Below are positions 16,984-25,448 of a stretch of 25,448 nucleotides of DNA, piece by piece (position 1 is the first letter of the stretch; each line of letters opens with the position of its first letter). Where the stretch lies: NCBI GenBank assembly GCA_913052045.1, contig CAJXDJ010000001.1, positions 1-25,448 on the forward strand. Reading direction: 5' to 3'. The position numbers were made by a program, and so were the translations under genes. The stretch comes from an uncultured Dehalococcoidia bacterium (GTDB lineage: Bacteria > Chloroflexota > Dehalococcoidia > Lucifugimonadales > GCA-2712585). The notes beneath the pieces were generated by a model. The model saw only the letters and a list, made by a program, of their open reading frames with translations. It was not told the origin of the DNA and made no database searches.

Positions 16984-19443
16984 ATGGAAAAACCTGACCC
17001 AAAGTTGGATCTGGCTACTCTAAAAAACATCCTTAGTTTGGAAGAAAAACGCGGTTTTGACAACAAAGCAGTGGCTGGAGGATTAGACCTTTTCATCGAG
17101 CACTGGAGAGAAGATCTGATATCAGCTTTCCCCAGAAGCCCCATAGCGAAGAGGCTATTAGCACAGCCCTATTCTTCGTTGACTCCCCGAACTAGGCAGG
17201 AATGGGCCCGCCAATGGCTCGAGCATTTCCCGAATAAACCAGTAAAACCTACCAGCAAACGGACACAATTCCAGCAAACTTCTGCCAAGACCAAAGAATC
17301 CTTATCTAGAACCTCCTCTCCTGAGGAGACACCAATATCTAGTCTTTTACGAGTAGATGTCAAAACAGCCCAAAAATTGGCCCGGCTGAATGTAGAGTCA
17401 GTAAAGGACTTACTCTATTTATTTCCCCGTCGTCATTTGGACTACACTCGTCGTGCCAAAATCTCAGAACTGATCCCCGGAGAGCATTTCACAGTTGAAG
17501 TGACTGTCTGGGAGGCTAGAGTGGTTTCTTTGGGGAAAAGTGGACGCCTCAAGGCAACTGAGGCTTTAGTAGGAGACGAAACCGGCAATATCAAAGTCAT
17601 ATGGTTTGGTCAAAGTTATCTGGCCAGACAATTTCCCACCGGGTCAAAGATAATCTTGAGTGGCAAGCTAGATTTCTTCAACAGAGACCGCCTAATGGAA
17701 TCTCCGAACTATGAGATCATATCTCATAGTTCTCCCCTTATCCATACGGGCCGCCTAGTTCCTGTTTATCCACTGACAGAAGGGCTAACAGCTAGAAACA
17801 TGAGACGTATTGTTTGGCAAGCCGTAGACGGTTGGTCTTCATCGATCAAAGAATTTCTCCCCAAGACTCTACTGAAACGCACCAGGCTCAATCCTCTAAC
17901 AAAATCGATTCGTCAAGCCCATTTCCCAGATACCCCTCATTCCTTCGAACAAGCTCGTCGTCGTCTGGCATTCAACGAACTTCTACTATTACAACTTGCC
18001 GTACACATGCAGCGTAAAGATTGGCAACAATCTGGAACTGCTATTCCGATAAACGACAAAAACCAATTAGTTTCAATGTTCTTAAAAAGACTACCGTTCG
18101 ATCTAACACCCGCACAACAAAGATGTGTAGAAGAAATCCTGACCGACATGAAAACCAGAACTATTCCAATGAGCAGATTATTACAAGGAGAAGTGGGTAG
18201 TGGGAAAACTGTAGTAGCATTAGCTGCCCTACTAGCATCTGTCTCAGATGGTTACCAAGGCACATTCATGGTACCAACCGAAATATTGGCAGAACAACAT
18301 TTTGCTACATCAATAAAACTTTTATCTGACGCTCCAGACCTTGAACATCAAGACAACTTAATAAAAACCCAAATATCCCCGCATTCTAGTCCAATCTCTA
18401 TAGGATTAATTACTGGTAGTACAAAAAAGTCTACCCGCAAGAAACTCGAGGATTTGGCGAACTCGGGATCACTAGACATCATAATTGGGACTCAATCCCT
18501 GATACAAGATACTATCAATGTACCGAACTTAGCACTAGCAATCGTAGACGAACAACAACGTTTTGGTGTCATGCAAAGATCCGAACTTAGAGCCAAGGGA
18601 ATGACCACTCCTCATCTATTAGTTATGTCAGCTACCCCAATTCCCCGAACATTAGCTCTGACACTGTTTGGAGACTTAGATATTTCCACCATAGATGAAT
18701 TGCCACCTGGCAGACAAGAAGTTCTAACCAAATGGGTACCCCATGGAAAACGGGACGCAGCACATGGTTTCATTCGTGATCAAATAAATTCTGGACGACA
18801 AGCGTTCATTATATTTCCCCTAATAGAAGAATCTGAGACCATTGAATCTGGAGCAGCCATACAGGGATTCGAGCATCTTCAAGCTGAAATATTCCCAGAT
18901 CTATGTTTGGGTCTGCTCCATGGGCGAATGAAGGCTAAAGAAAAGGAAGATGTGATGAATCTGTTTCAGCAAGGAAAAATCGACATTCTAATTTCTACTC
19001 CTGTAGTAGAAGTAGGCATTGATATACCTAATGCCACAGTCATGCTAATAGAAACGGCCGATAGATTCGGGCTCTCACAACTTCATCAATTCCGTGGACG
19101 AGTAGGCAGGGGCATTCACAAAAGTTATTGTCTGCTCCTATCAGATAATCCTAGCACCAATGCCCGTGAACGATTAGTCGCTATGGAAACAGTACATGAC
19201 GGTTTCAAATTAGCCGAAATAGATCTCGGCCTCAGGGGGCCCGGAGATCTGTTCGGTACCAGGCAAAGCGGACTTCCTAACCTCCGGTTGGCACGGCTCA
19301 CAGATCAGGATCTATTAGTACTCGCCCGGGAAGAAGCATCCAACATTTTGGCGAAAGATCCAGCCTTAACGAACGAAACCAATTTCTTATTAGCAAAAGA
19401 GGTGTTTCGCTTCAGAGGGGATCTTACAGGAGTAGTCGGGTGA
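16984..19443 (+). CDS. recG: ATP-dependent DNA helicase RecG
   Basis: Wedge/OB region, Walker A QGEVGSGKT, MVPTEILAEQH, DEQQRFG, MSATPIPRTL, QLHQFRGRVGRG and the TRG region RGPGDLFGTRQSG. Confidence 0.96.
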   Translation: MEKPDPKLDLATLKNILSLEEKRGFDNKAVAGGLDLFIEHWREDLISAFPRSPIAKRLLAQPYSSLTPRTRQEWARQWLEHFPNKPVKPTSKRTQFQQTSAKTKESLSRTSSPEETPISSLLRVDVKTAQKLARLNVESVKDLLYLFPRRHLDYTRRAKISELIPGEHFTVEVTVWEARVVSLGKSGRLKATEALVGDETGNIKVIWFGQSYLARQFPTGSKIILSGKLDFFNRDRLMESPNYEIISHSSPLIHTGRLVPVYPLTEGLTARNMRRIVWQAVDGWSSSIKEFLPKTLLKRTRLNPLTKSIRQAHFPDTPHSFEQARRRLAFNELLLLQLAVHMQRKDWQQSGTAIPINDKNQLVSMFLKRLPFDLTPAQQRCVEEILTDMKTRTIPMSRLLQGEVGSGKTVVALAALLASVSDGYQGTFMVPTEILAEQHFATSIKLLSDAPDLEHQDNLIKTQISPHSSPISIGLITGSTKKSTRKKLEDLANSGSLDIIIGTQSLIQDTINVPNLALAIVDEQQRFGVMQRSELRAKGMTTPHLLVMSATPIPRTLALTLFGDLDISTIDELPPGRQEVLTKWVPHGKRDAAHGFIRDQINSGRQAFIIFPLIEESETIESGAAIQGFEHLQAEIFPDLCLGLLHGRMKAKEKEDVMNLFQQGKIDILISTPVVEVGIDIPNATVMLIETADRFGLSQLHQFRGRVGRGIHKSYCLLLSDNPSTNARERLVAMETVHDGFKLAEIDLGLRGPGDLFGTRQSGLPNLRLARLTDQDLLVLAREEASNILAKDPALTNETNFLLAKEVFRFRGDLTGVVG

Positions 19444-19531
19444 TTAGTAGTTCCCAATAGTGATACCTATAAATCTGGTGCACAAGGGAGTTCAACTGGC
19501 ACCCCTAACTATAGAAGCATAAACATAGTTA

Positions 19532-19540
19532 TGCTACTAT
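19532..19540 (+). promoter_or_regulatory. Candidate extended -10 (TGcTATACT) for argS
   Basis: TG-n-TATACT 27 nt upstream of the GTG at 19568. Confidence 0.45.
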
Positions 19541-19567
19541 ACCACTTTCCAAAAATAGGTAGATTCC

Positions 19568-21244
19568 GTGTCCCCTTTAATCAGAGATCTCATTACAGAT
19601 AGAATTCAGGCAGCCTTGGAGAAATTCAAAACTCAGGGCTCCTTGCCGCTGGAGACATTACCAAAAATCTTCTTAGAACATCCTGCTGATCCATCACATG
19701 GTGATTATGCAACCAGTCTTCCACTCCGTCTTGCCAAAGCAACCCGCATAGCACCTATGAATCTAGCTAAATCCATCGCGGACCAGTTGGATACAGATCA
19801 CATAATCAAAGAGATATACACTGCGAGCCCAGGGTTTATTAATTTCCGTCTTAGCGAAAAGTGGATTGCACTCCAAGTAGACACTATTTTGGATGAACAA
19901 AACACATATGGAAACGTAACGGGATCCGTTGTGAAAAAGGTCATGGTGGAATATGTCAGTGTTAATCCTACTGGCCCCGTCCATGTAGGACACATCCGAG
20001 GAGCGGTAATAGGTTCGGTACTAGCATCACTTTTGGAAGCAGTCGGACATGTCGTAACTCGCGAATATTACGTAAATGACGCAGGGACCCAAATGGATCT
20101 CTTCTATGAATCTGTTTACGCCCGATACCTTGAAGCTGCCGGCCTAACGAAGGAATTTCCTTCAGGAGGATATAAGGGAGAATATGTCACTCAATTAGGT
20201 GAACAAATATTGCGACAGGAAGGACTGAAATTCTCCTCTTGTGATCGTGAAACCGCCATAAAACAGATAGGAGACTTATCACGAAACAAGATGGTAGACA
20301 TGATAAGAAAGGACCTGGAAGCCTTGGGGGTGCACTTCGACGTCTGGTTTGCCGAAAAAACCCTATATGAATCCGGAGAGTATCAGCAAACCATGGATAA
20401 ACTTAACAATAATGGCTATTTAGCTGAGAGAGATGGGGCTCGTTGGTTCACATCTACCTCTTTGGGGGAAGACAAAGACAATGTAGTCGTACGATCCACC
20501 GGAGCGCCGACCTACTTTGCATCAGACATAGCCTATCATCATAATAAATTCATTAGTCGCGGTTTCGACCAGGTAATTAATGTCTGGGGAGCAGATCACC
20601 AAGGGCATATTTCACGACTGAAGGCTGCCATGCTAGGGCTAAGAGTAGATCCATCTAGACTGAATATTTTAGTTTCGCAAATGGTCACGCTAAAACGCGG
20701 TGGTCAATTAGTAAAGGCCTCAAAACGTTCAGGGAATTTCATTTCCCTACGGGAGTTGGTCGATGAGGTAGGCGTTGATGCCTGTCGTTATTTCTTCCTG
20801 ACTAGATCAGCTAACAGCCAAATGGATTTTGATATGTCTCTCGCAAAAAGACAATCTTCAGAGAATCCCATCTATTACATTCAATACGCCCATGCTCGAA
20901 TATCTGGCATATTGAGAAACGCTAGTAATCAGGGTATTAGCTGGCGAAATGGAGATGTGTCATTGCTCACTCGGACCACTGAATTAACCCTTATCAGAGA
21001 GATGCTAAAGTTCCCGGAATTAATAATAAAAGCCGCCGATAACTTAGAACCACATCACCTTCCGTACTATGCGGCTCAATTGGCAACAGCCTTCCATCAT
21101 TTTTACGAAAAGTGCCGCGTGTTGTCTAGTGATCCCAAAGACCAGAACATTACACTTGCCCGCCTAAAGCTTGTAGAGGCATCAAAAATCGTTCTTGGAC
21201 GTTCCTTGACCTTAATGGGTGTTGGAACACCAGAAAATATGTAA
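19568..21244 (+). CDS. argS: Arginine--tRNA ligase
   Basis: N-terminal HGDYATS and PGFINF, EYVSVNPTGPVHVGH (HIGH motif), YFASDIAYH, WGADHQG, ASKRSG, NPIYYIQYAHAR and MGVGTPENM. Confidence 0.97.
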   Translation: MSPLIRDLITDRIQAALEKFKTQGSLPLETLPKIFLEHPADPSHGDYATSLPLRLAKATRIAPMNLAKSIADQLDTDHIIKEIYTASPGFINFRLSEKWIALQVDTILDEQNTYGNVTGSVVKKVMVEYVSVNPTGPVHVGHIRGAVIGSVLASLLEAVGHVVTREYYVNDAGTQMDLFYESVYARYLEAAGLTKEFPSGGYKGEYVTQLGEQILRQEGLKFSSCDRETAIKQIGDLSRNKMVDMIRKDLEALGVHFDVWFAEKTLYESGEYQQTMDKLNNNGYLAERDGARWFTSTSLGEDKDNVVVRSTGAPTYFASDIAYHHNKFISRGFDQVINVWGADHQGHISRLKAAMLGLRVDPSRLNILVSQMVTLKRGGQLVKASKRSGNFISLRELVDEVGVDACRYFFLTRSANSQMDFDMSLAKRQSSENPIYYIQYAHARISGILRNASNQGISWRNGDVSLLTRTTELTLIREMLKFPELIIKAADNLEPHHLPYYAAQLATAFHHFYEKCRVLSSDPKDQNITLARLKLVEASKIVLGRSLTLMGVGTPENM

Positions 21245-21296
21245 CGTTACTTCCAGACCACCAAGCATAGATATCTTTCAAGTTTCCACAAAATAG

Positions 21297-22388
21297 CTAG
21301 GAAAATCCATATAGGCTTGAAGCATTTTCAAAAACTATTTTTCTTTTTGTCTCTTCAGAAAGACCCTGGAAAATCCGATCAATAACTTCTTCAGAATGGG
21401 GAAACGTACCCTCATCATGAGGATAGTCACTACCCCAAAGCAACGCCCCTTCGCCGGTATATCCAAGATTAGTTAGAGCTACAGGGTCGTCACCAAACGT
21501 AACATGTCCCTGTCTTCTGAAATATTCACTAGGCTTCATATCAAGTTTAGGTTCAATCCACATATGCTTTCGTTCATATTGTTCGTCGAGAGCGTAAAGA
21601 ACCCAAGCCAACCATCCCCCTCCACATTCCACCATTACAAAGTTCATGTCAGGATGTCTCATAGCGACCCCAGAGCTGAGCAACTGGGCTGTAGGCTGAA
21701 TAGCTTCGGCCATAGCCTCGATCATATACGAAAGGATCCCTCCGTAATCTTCGTCACCCGCCCCCTCAGGCAAATGATCCTTGGTGCCAGTAAAAATGTG
21801 GAAGCTTGGGATCATCCTGGTCTCTTCCAAAATGCTCCAAAGCGGTTCATAAACCGGAAGTCTGTAGGCTTGATCTTCCACACTGATTGGGCAACTCACC
21901 ACTCGAAACCCCATCTTCTTCAAACGGATTACTTCTTCCACAGCCATTGTTACATCTTTAGTTGGGAGGATAGCCGCGGGGGCAAATTTACCTGGATGCT
22001 GCCCAAAAATTCCATGAACCCAATCGTTATAAGCCTTTGCTACTATCATTTGAAAAGAAATGTCTGGACTTGCCATCAATGCAAGCATGCCATCAGGATA
22101 GATAACCTCTCCAACAACATTGTCTCTAGCGTGATCCTCTAACCTACGGCTTATATCCCTTCCTCCGGTTGGGTCCGACCTAAATTGACGATTGAGATCA
22201 TCGTCATTGATTCGAGATTCTGCCAAATCAGATCTGCGTTTTTTGCGCCCTTCGACAACAGAATAATCCGCGCCATTAATCGTCTCCTTATGAGGAAGCC
22301 TATGACGATATTCTACCGGCACCATATTCTTAAAGTCATCATCCTCTCTCACATGCGAGTCAGAAGAAATATACTTTAACGTTCCCAT
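21297..22388 (-). CDS. Amidohydrolase_2 family metal-dependent hydrolase/decarboxylase; substrate unknown
   Basis: Motifs ISSDSHV, AYNDW, YEPLWS, SFHI, VMVECGGGW and LLWGSDYPHDEG. AGGAG SD. Confidence 0.88.
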   Translation of the reverse strand: MGTLKYISSDSHVREDDDFKNMVPVEYRHRLPHKETINGADYSVVEGRKKRRSDLAESRINDDDLNRQFRSDPTGGRDISRRLEDHARDNVVGEVIYPDGMLALMASPDISFQMIVAKAYNDWVHGIFGQHPGKFAPAAILPTKDVTMAVEEVIRLKKMGFRVVSCPISVEDQAYRLPVYEPLWSILEETRMIPSFHIFTGTKDHLPEGAGDEDYGGILSYMIEAMAEAIQPTAQLLSSGVAMRHPDMNFVMVECGGGWLAWVLYALDEQYERKHMWIEPKLDMKPSEYFRRQGHVTFGDDPVALTNLGYTGEGALLWGSDYPHDEGTFPHSEEVIDRIFQGLSEETKRKIVFENASSLYGFS

Positions 22389-22849
22389 GTAACTCCTAGA
22401 TGATAATCCACTTGGCGTCGCTCAGCTCTGGATAAGGCTACAAGAATTATGATGTATCTTGAGATAGTAATCAAGTGATTACACCTCTATATCCCTTGGT
22501 TATAGCTACCAAATGGACTTTTTTTTCGGAACCACTGGATCCAAAGTTATACCCCTATCGTATCCACGCACTACATAGTAAATTTAGATCAGCATGGAGG
22601 CTATCCAAGCAAATTCACCACATGAACCCAGTTGTGGGACATTTTCCACATCTAACAATGTCGACTACTTAACTAATTATATAGCTCATTGTGAAATGCT
22701 CGGACCATAAACGTGCACTTAACATATTTCAATGGTCAAAAGTCCCATTTAATTATGCAAACCTACTAACAATTTAAAGCAGCTTTCACCTGGGGAATCC
22801 AGATACTAAAGATTGTAAACCCATCAGTATATAAATGCCGTGTTAGTGT

Positions 22850-24067
22850 CTAACTACCACCAGCCCGTCTATTAATAGTCGGAGCCTTTGAAACATTAGT
22901 AACGGCGTTAATGGCCACAAGACTACCCCCACCGAAGATGGCCCAATTCACACCCAACCAACCGGCAATAGCGCCCATGCCCATAGCGCCAAAGCCTATA
23001 CCAGTAAGTAACAGGCTGTGAATCCCCATCACTCGACCTCTCATTTCATCCGGAGTTAAGATCTGAAGTAAACTTTGTGCTTGGGTATTGTACATAATGG
23101 CCATGAAACCGATAGTCGATATAAGAGCGTACGATAAAAATGCATTACGACTAAAGCTAAATGTTATGAGGAACAGTCCAAAAAGAAATGCGGCTCCCCA
23201 TAAAATGGACCCCTTGAACTTAATGTCTCCGAAGCTCGATATAAATAATGCGCCAATAACACCTCCCAATCCCCTAAATGCACCCAACAGACCTAAAGTC
23301 ACAGCATCACCACCAAGCAAACTGATAGCCACAACCGGAAACATGGACCAAGTGGAAAAACCCAGCCCTTCAGTAACTAAAACCGTCCACAGGATCGTAC
23401 GAATAGGTTTATCATTTCTTACAAACCTGAACCCCTCTTTTAGGTCATCTATTATAGATTTGGATTGTAGACGCTTCACTAAGACTGATTCTACTTTGAG
23501 CAACATCAATACACCGATAATAATGATTGAACCCAGTATCAAAAATAGATGCCCTACACCAAAAGATTTGATAATAAAACCAGCAGCTACAGGACCAATT
23601 AAACCAGCTCCCTGTGAGGACAAAAATTGTCCAGCAGTCGCATTCATGAAAACCTTGCTTCCCACTACGTCGAACATAAGAGTACTTCGTGCTGTGCGCT
23701 GGAGAGACATTCCCATACGCTGGATCACGGATAAGCCTAATACGTGCCAAACCTCAATGCGATCCATTACTACTAATGTGCCCATGATTACGATCGATAA
23801 TCCCATCGCAATTTGCGCAATCATCATTAACTTCCGCCGATCAAACCTATCAGCCAATAAACCCCAAAGGGGGCTGAAAACGAAGTTGAAAGCAGCGCCT
23901 AAACCAGGAGCAAGTCCTACCATAAACGGTGATTTCGTTAGGTCATACAACAACCATCCCTGACCAATCATAAAGGGTTGAAATCCAGCGGCTGCAGCAA
24001 AGTTGCTCCCCCAGACCCAGCGATATGCTGATACTCTAAAGGCTAGGGTTAAACGTTCCCAATTCAT
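22850..24067 (-). CDS. MFS transporter (EntS/macrolide-efflux-like DHA3 type); substrate unknown
   Basis: About 12 hydrophobic segments, MFS motif A GLLADRFDRRKL, GWLLYDLTKS, and PDEMRGRVMG. Confidence 0.88.
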   Translation of the reverse strand: MNWERLTLAFRVSAYRWVWGSNFAAAAGFQPFMIGQGWLLYDLTKSPFMVGLAPGLGAAFNFVFSPLWGLLADRFDRRKLMMIAQIAMGLSIVIMGTLVVMDRIEVWHVLGLSVIQRMGMSLQRTARSTLMFDVVGSKVFMNATAGQFLSSQGAGLIGPVAAGFIIKSFGVGHLFLILGSIIIIGVLMLLKVESVLVKRLQSKSIIDDLKEGFRFVRNDKPIRTILWTVLVTEGLGFSTWSMFPVVAISLLGGDAVTLGLLGAFRGLGGVIGALFISSFGDIKFKGSILWGAAFLFGLFLITFSFSRNAFLSYALISTIGFMAIMYNTQAQSLLQILTPDEMRGRVMGIHSLLLTGIGFGAMGMGAIAGWLGVNWAIFGGGSLVAINAVTNVSKAPTINRRAGGS

Positions 24068-24257
24068 CGTCGGGATTAAGGTTCACACGGCATATGCAGC
24101 TATTATGAACACAGTAGCCTCAAAAGTTCAAATTGAGAATCCAATTGCAGGGTTAAGCAGTCAATAATGCAAAAAGACCTGGCATATTAACCTTATATTA
24201 TGATAGTGTCTTGACGGCGTTAGGCGCATCTTACCTTGGATTCTCTCTGAGAATGAC

Positions 24258-25448
24258 TTGAAGAACCAAAATAAGCAAATCAGTAGCAGCAACCCTGCCC
24301 AAAACCGAAAACTGACCCTAGGAGTGTTGTCTGTCGGTCATGGGGTTACTCACTTAGTCGATACAAGTTTTAACGTCTTGCTCCCATATATAACAACGAC
24401 ATTGGGGCTCAACAACTTCCAGATAGGCACAGTCGCGTCCATCAGGCAGGCCGGGTTCGGAATAGTTAACTTACCAGGCGGCCTTGTAGTAGATATGGTA
24501 AGGAAACACTGGGGTCTAATTTTGACAGCTTGCCTAGTATGGGCAGCACTATTCTATGGACTCATGGGACTCTCTCAATCATATAAGGTTTTCATGTTGC
24601 TTGTATTTGTGACCGCTCTACCAGGAGCACTCTGGCATTTACCAGCTGCAGCAGCCATTTCACAACGGTTTCCCGAATGGAGAGGCTTCGCAATATCTAT
24701 TCACGGCTTGGGTGCTAACGTTGGAAATATCGCTGGCCCACTTGTGGCTGGTGCTTTGCTAAGCTTCATGATCTGGCGAGGTGTGCTGTTAATCTATGCA
24801 TGTCCAGTGTTGATAGCATCAATATTCGTTTGGGCTTACCTAAAGAATATAGGTAAAGACATAAACTCTGGACATTCTAGGACTCTAAAGGAGCAACTCA
24901 GGATGACCCTCCCGATTTTGAGAAACCCCATAATCATGGGATTAGTCTTTGTAGGGTTGTTAAGAGGGATGGCACTAAATTCCATGTTCGTATGGACTCC
25001 ATTTTATCTAGCCAAAACCGTAGGATTAAGTAGTTTCAACATCGGTTTCCACATGGCTCTTTTGTCTGGTATGGGGGTGCTATCAACACCCATCCTAGGA
25101 AACCTCTCAGATAGGTTTAACAGAAAATTTATTCTGCTCCCAGGACTTGGATTAAGCGCAATATTATCAACATTAGTACTACACGTTGGGATCGGATTTT
25201 CTCTGACCATTTTGATAGCAGGGATAGGATTATTTAGCTATGCCCTGCATCAGATTATACAAGCGGCTGTTCTAGATGAAGTTGATACCGGAACGGAAGC
25301 ATCGGCTATAGGGATACTCTTTGGATTGAATAGCATACTCGGAGCGTTTTCTCCCTTACTGGCATCTTGGATCGTAGAGTCTTATGGTCTAGGATATGTC
25401 TTTTACTACCAAGCTATTCTAACTTTTGGAGCATTCATTCTGCTCATC
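24258..25448 (+). CDS. MFS transporter (Fsr-like), 3' end truncated by the window edge; absent from the ORF track
   Basis: My translation from TTG 24258 is open to the window end (397 codons): GHGVTHLVD...LPGGLVVD...WHLPA...RGFAISIHGLGANVG...GNLSDRFNRK. It has multiple TM segments, and an in-frame TAG lies upstream at 24204. Confidence 0.85.
   Translation, partial: MKNQNKQISSSNPAQNRKLTLGVLSVGHGVTHLVDTSFNVLLPYITTTLGLNNFQIGTVASIRQAGFGIVNLPGGLVVDMVRKHWGLILTACLVWAALFYGLMGLSQSYKVFMLLVFVTALPGALWHLPAAAAISQRFPEWRGFAISIHGLGANVGNIAGPLVAGALLSFMIWRGVLLIYACPVLIASIFVWAYLKNIGKDINSGHSRTLKEQLRMTLPILRNPIIMGLVFVGLLRGMALNSMFVWTPFYLAKTVGLSSFNIGFHMALLSGMGVLSTPILGNLSDRFNRKFILLPGLGLSAILSTLVLHVGIGFSLTILIAGIGLFSYALHQIIQAAVLDEVDTGTEASAIGILFGLNSILGAFSPLLASWIVESYGLGYVFYYQAILTFGAFILLI

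Noticed and set aside
19444-19567. T-box riboswitch upstream of argS
   Set aside because: The spacer is too short and has no T-box consensus or terminator.
21504-22142. 212-aa plus-strand ORF
   Set aside because: It is antisense to the amidohydrolase, has atypical composition and shows no motif.
22475-22672. 65-aa ORF in the long intergenic gap
   Set aside because: It has no SD, no motif and no operon context. It cannot be excluded without a homology search or Ribo-seq.
23088-23963. 291-aa plus-strand ORF
   Set aside because: Its Pro/Asn/Ile/Lys-rich composition is what the reverse complement of a hydrophobic MFS gene gives.
1-25448. CRISPR arrays, IS/integrase genes, tRNA/rRNA, defence or toxin-antitoxin systems, and the other short ORFs in the track
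   Set aside because: No regular repeats or family motifs were seen by eye. The remaining short ORFs overlap well-supported genes and show no independent coding evidence.

Overview
A chromosomal housekeeping and metabolic region at roughly 42-44% GC (estimated by eye). It is probably from a Chloroflexota (Dehalococcoidia/SAR202-like) bacterium; this is inferred from gene content and order, not from a database search. In order it holds two tandem D-2-hydroxyacid dehydrogenases, a TPP-riboswitch-controlled thiZXY-thiD salvage operon, an F420:NADP oxidoreductase, and an arginine biosynthesis cluster (argJ-argB-[Cys-phosphatase]-argD-argG-argH). These are followed by rpe, rpmB, DAK2/DegV (FakA/FakB-like), recG, argS, an amidohydrolase and two divergent MFS transporters, the last of which runs off the window and is missing from the ORF track. 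I found no mobile element, CRISPR array, tRNA, rRNA or clear multi-gene novel system. The best leads are: (1) a four-Cys zinc-ribbon-like module fused in frame to the N-terminus of ArgJ, possibly with two translation starts; (2) a 9-nt sequence shared by the TPP aptamer and its terminator, suggesting an unusual antiterminator; (3) a DAK2 gene whose conserved N-terminus has no canonical start codon; (4) a CX5R phosphatase inside the arg cluster.
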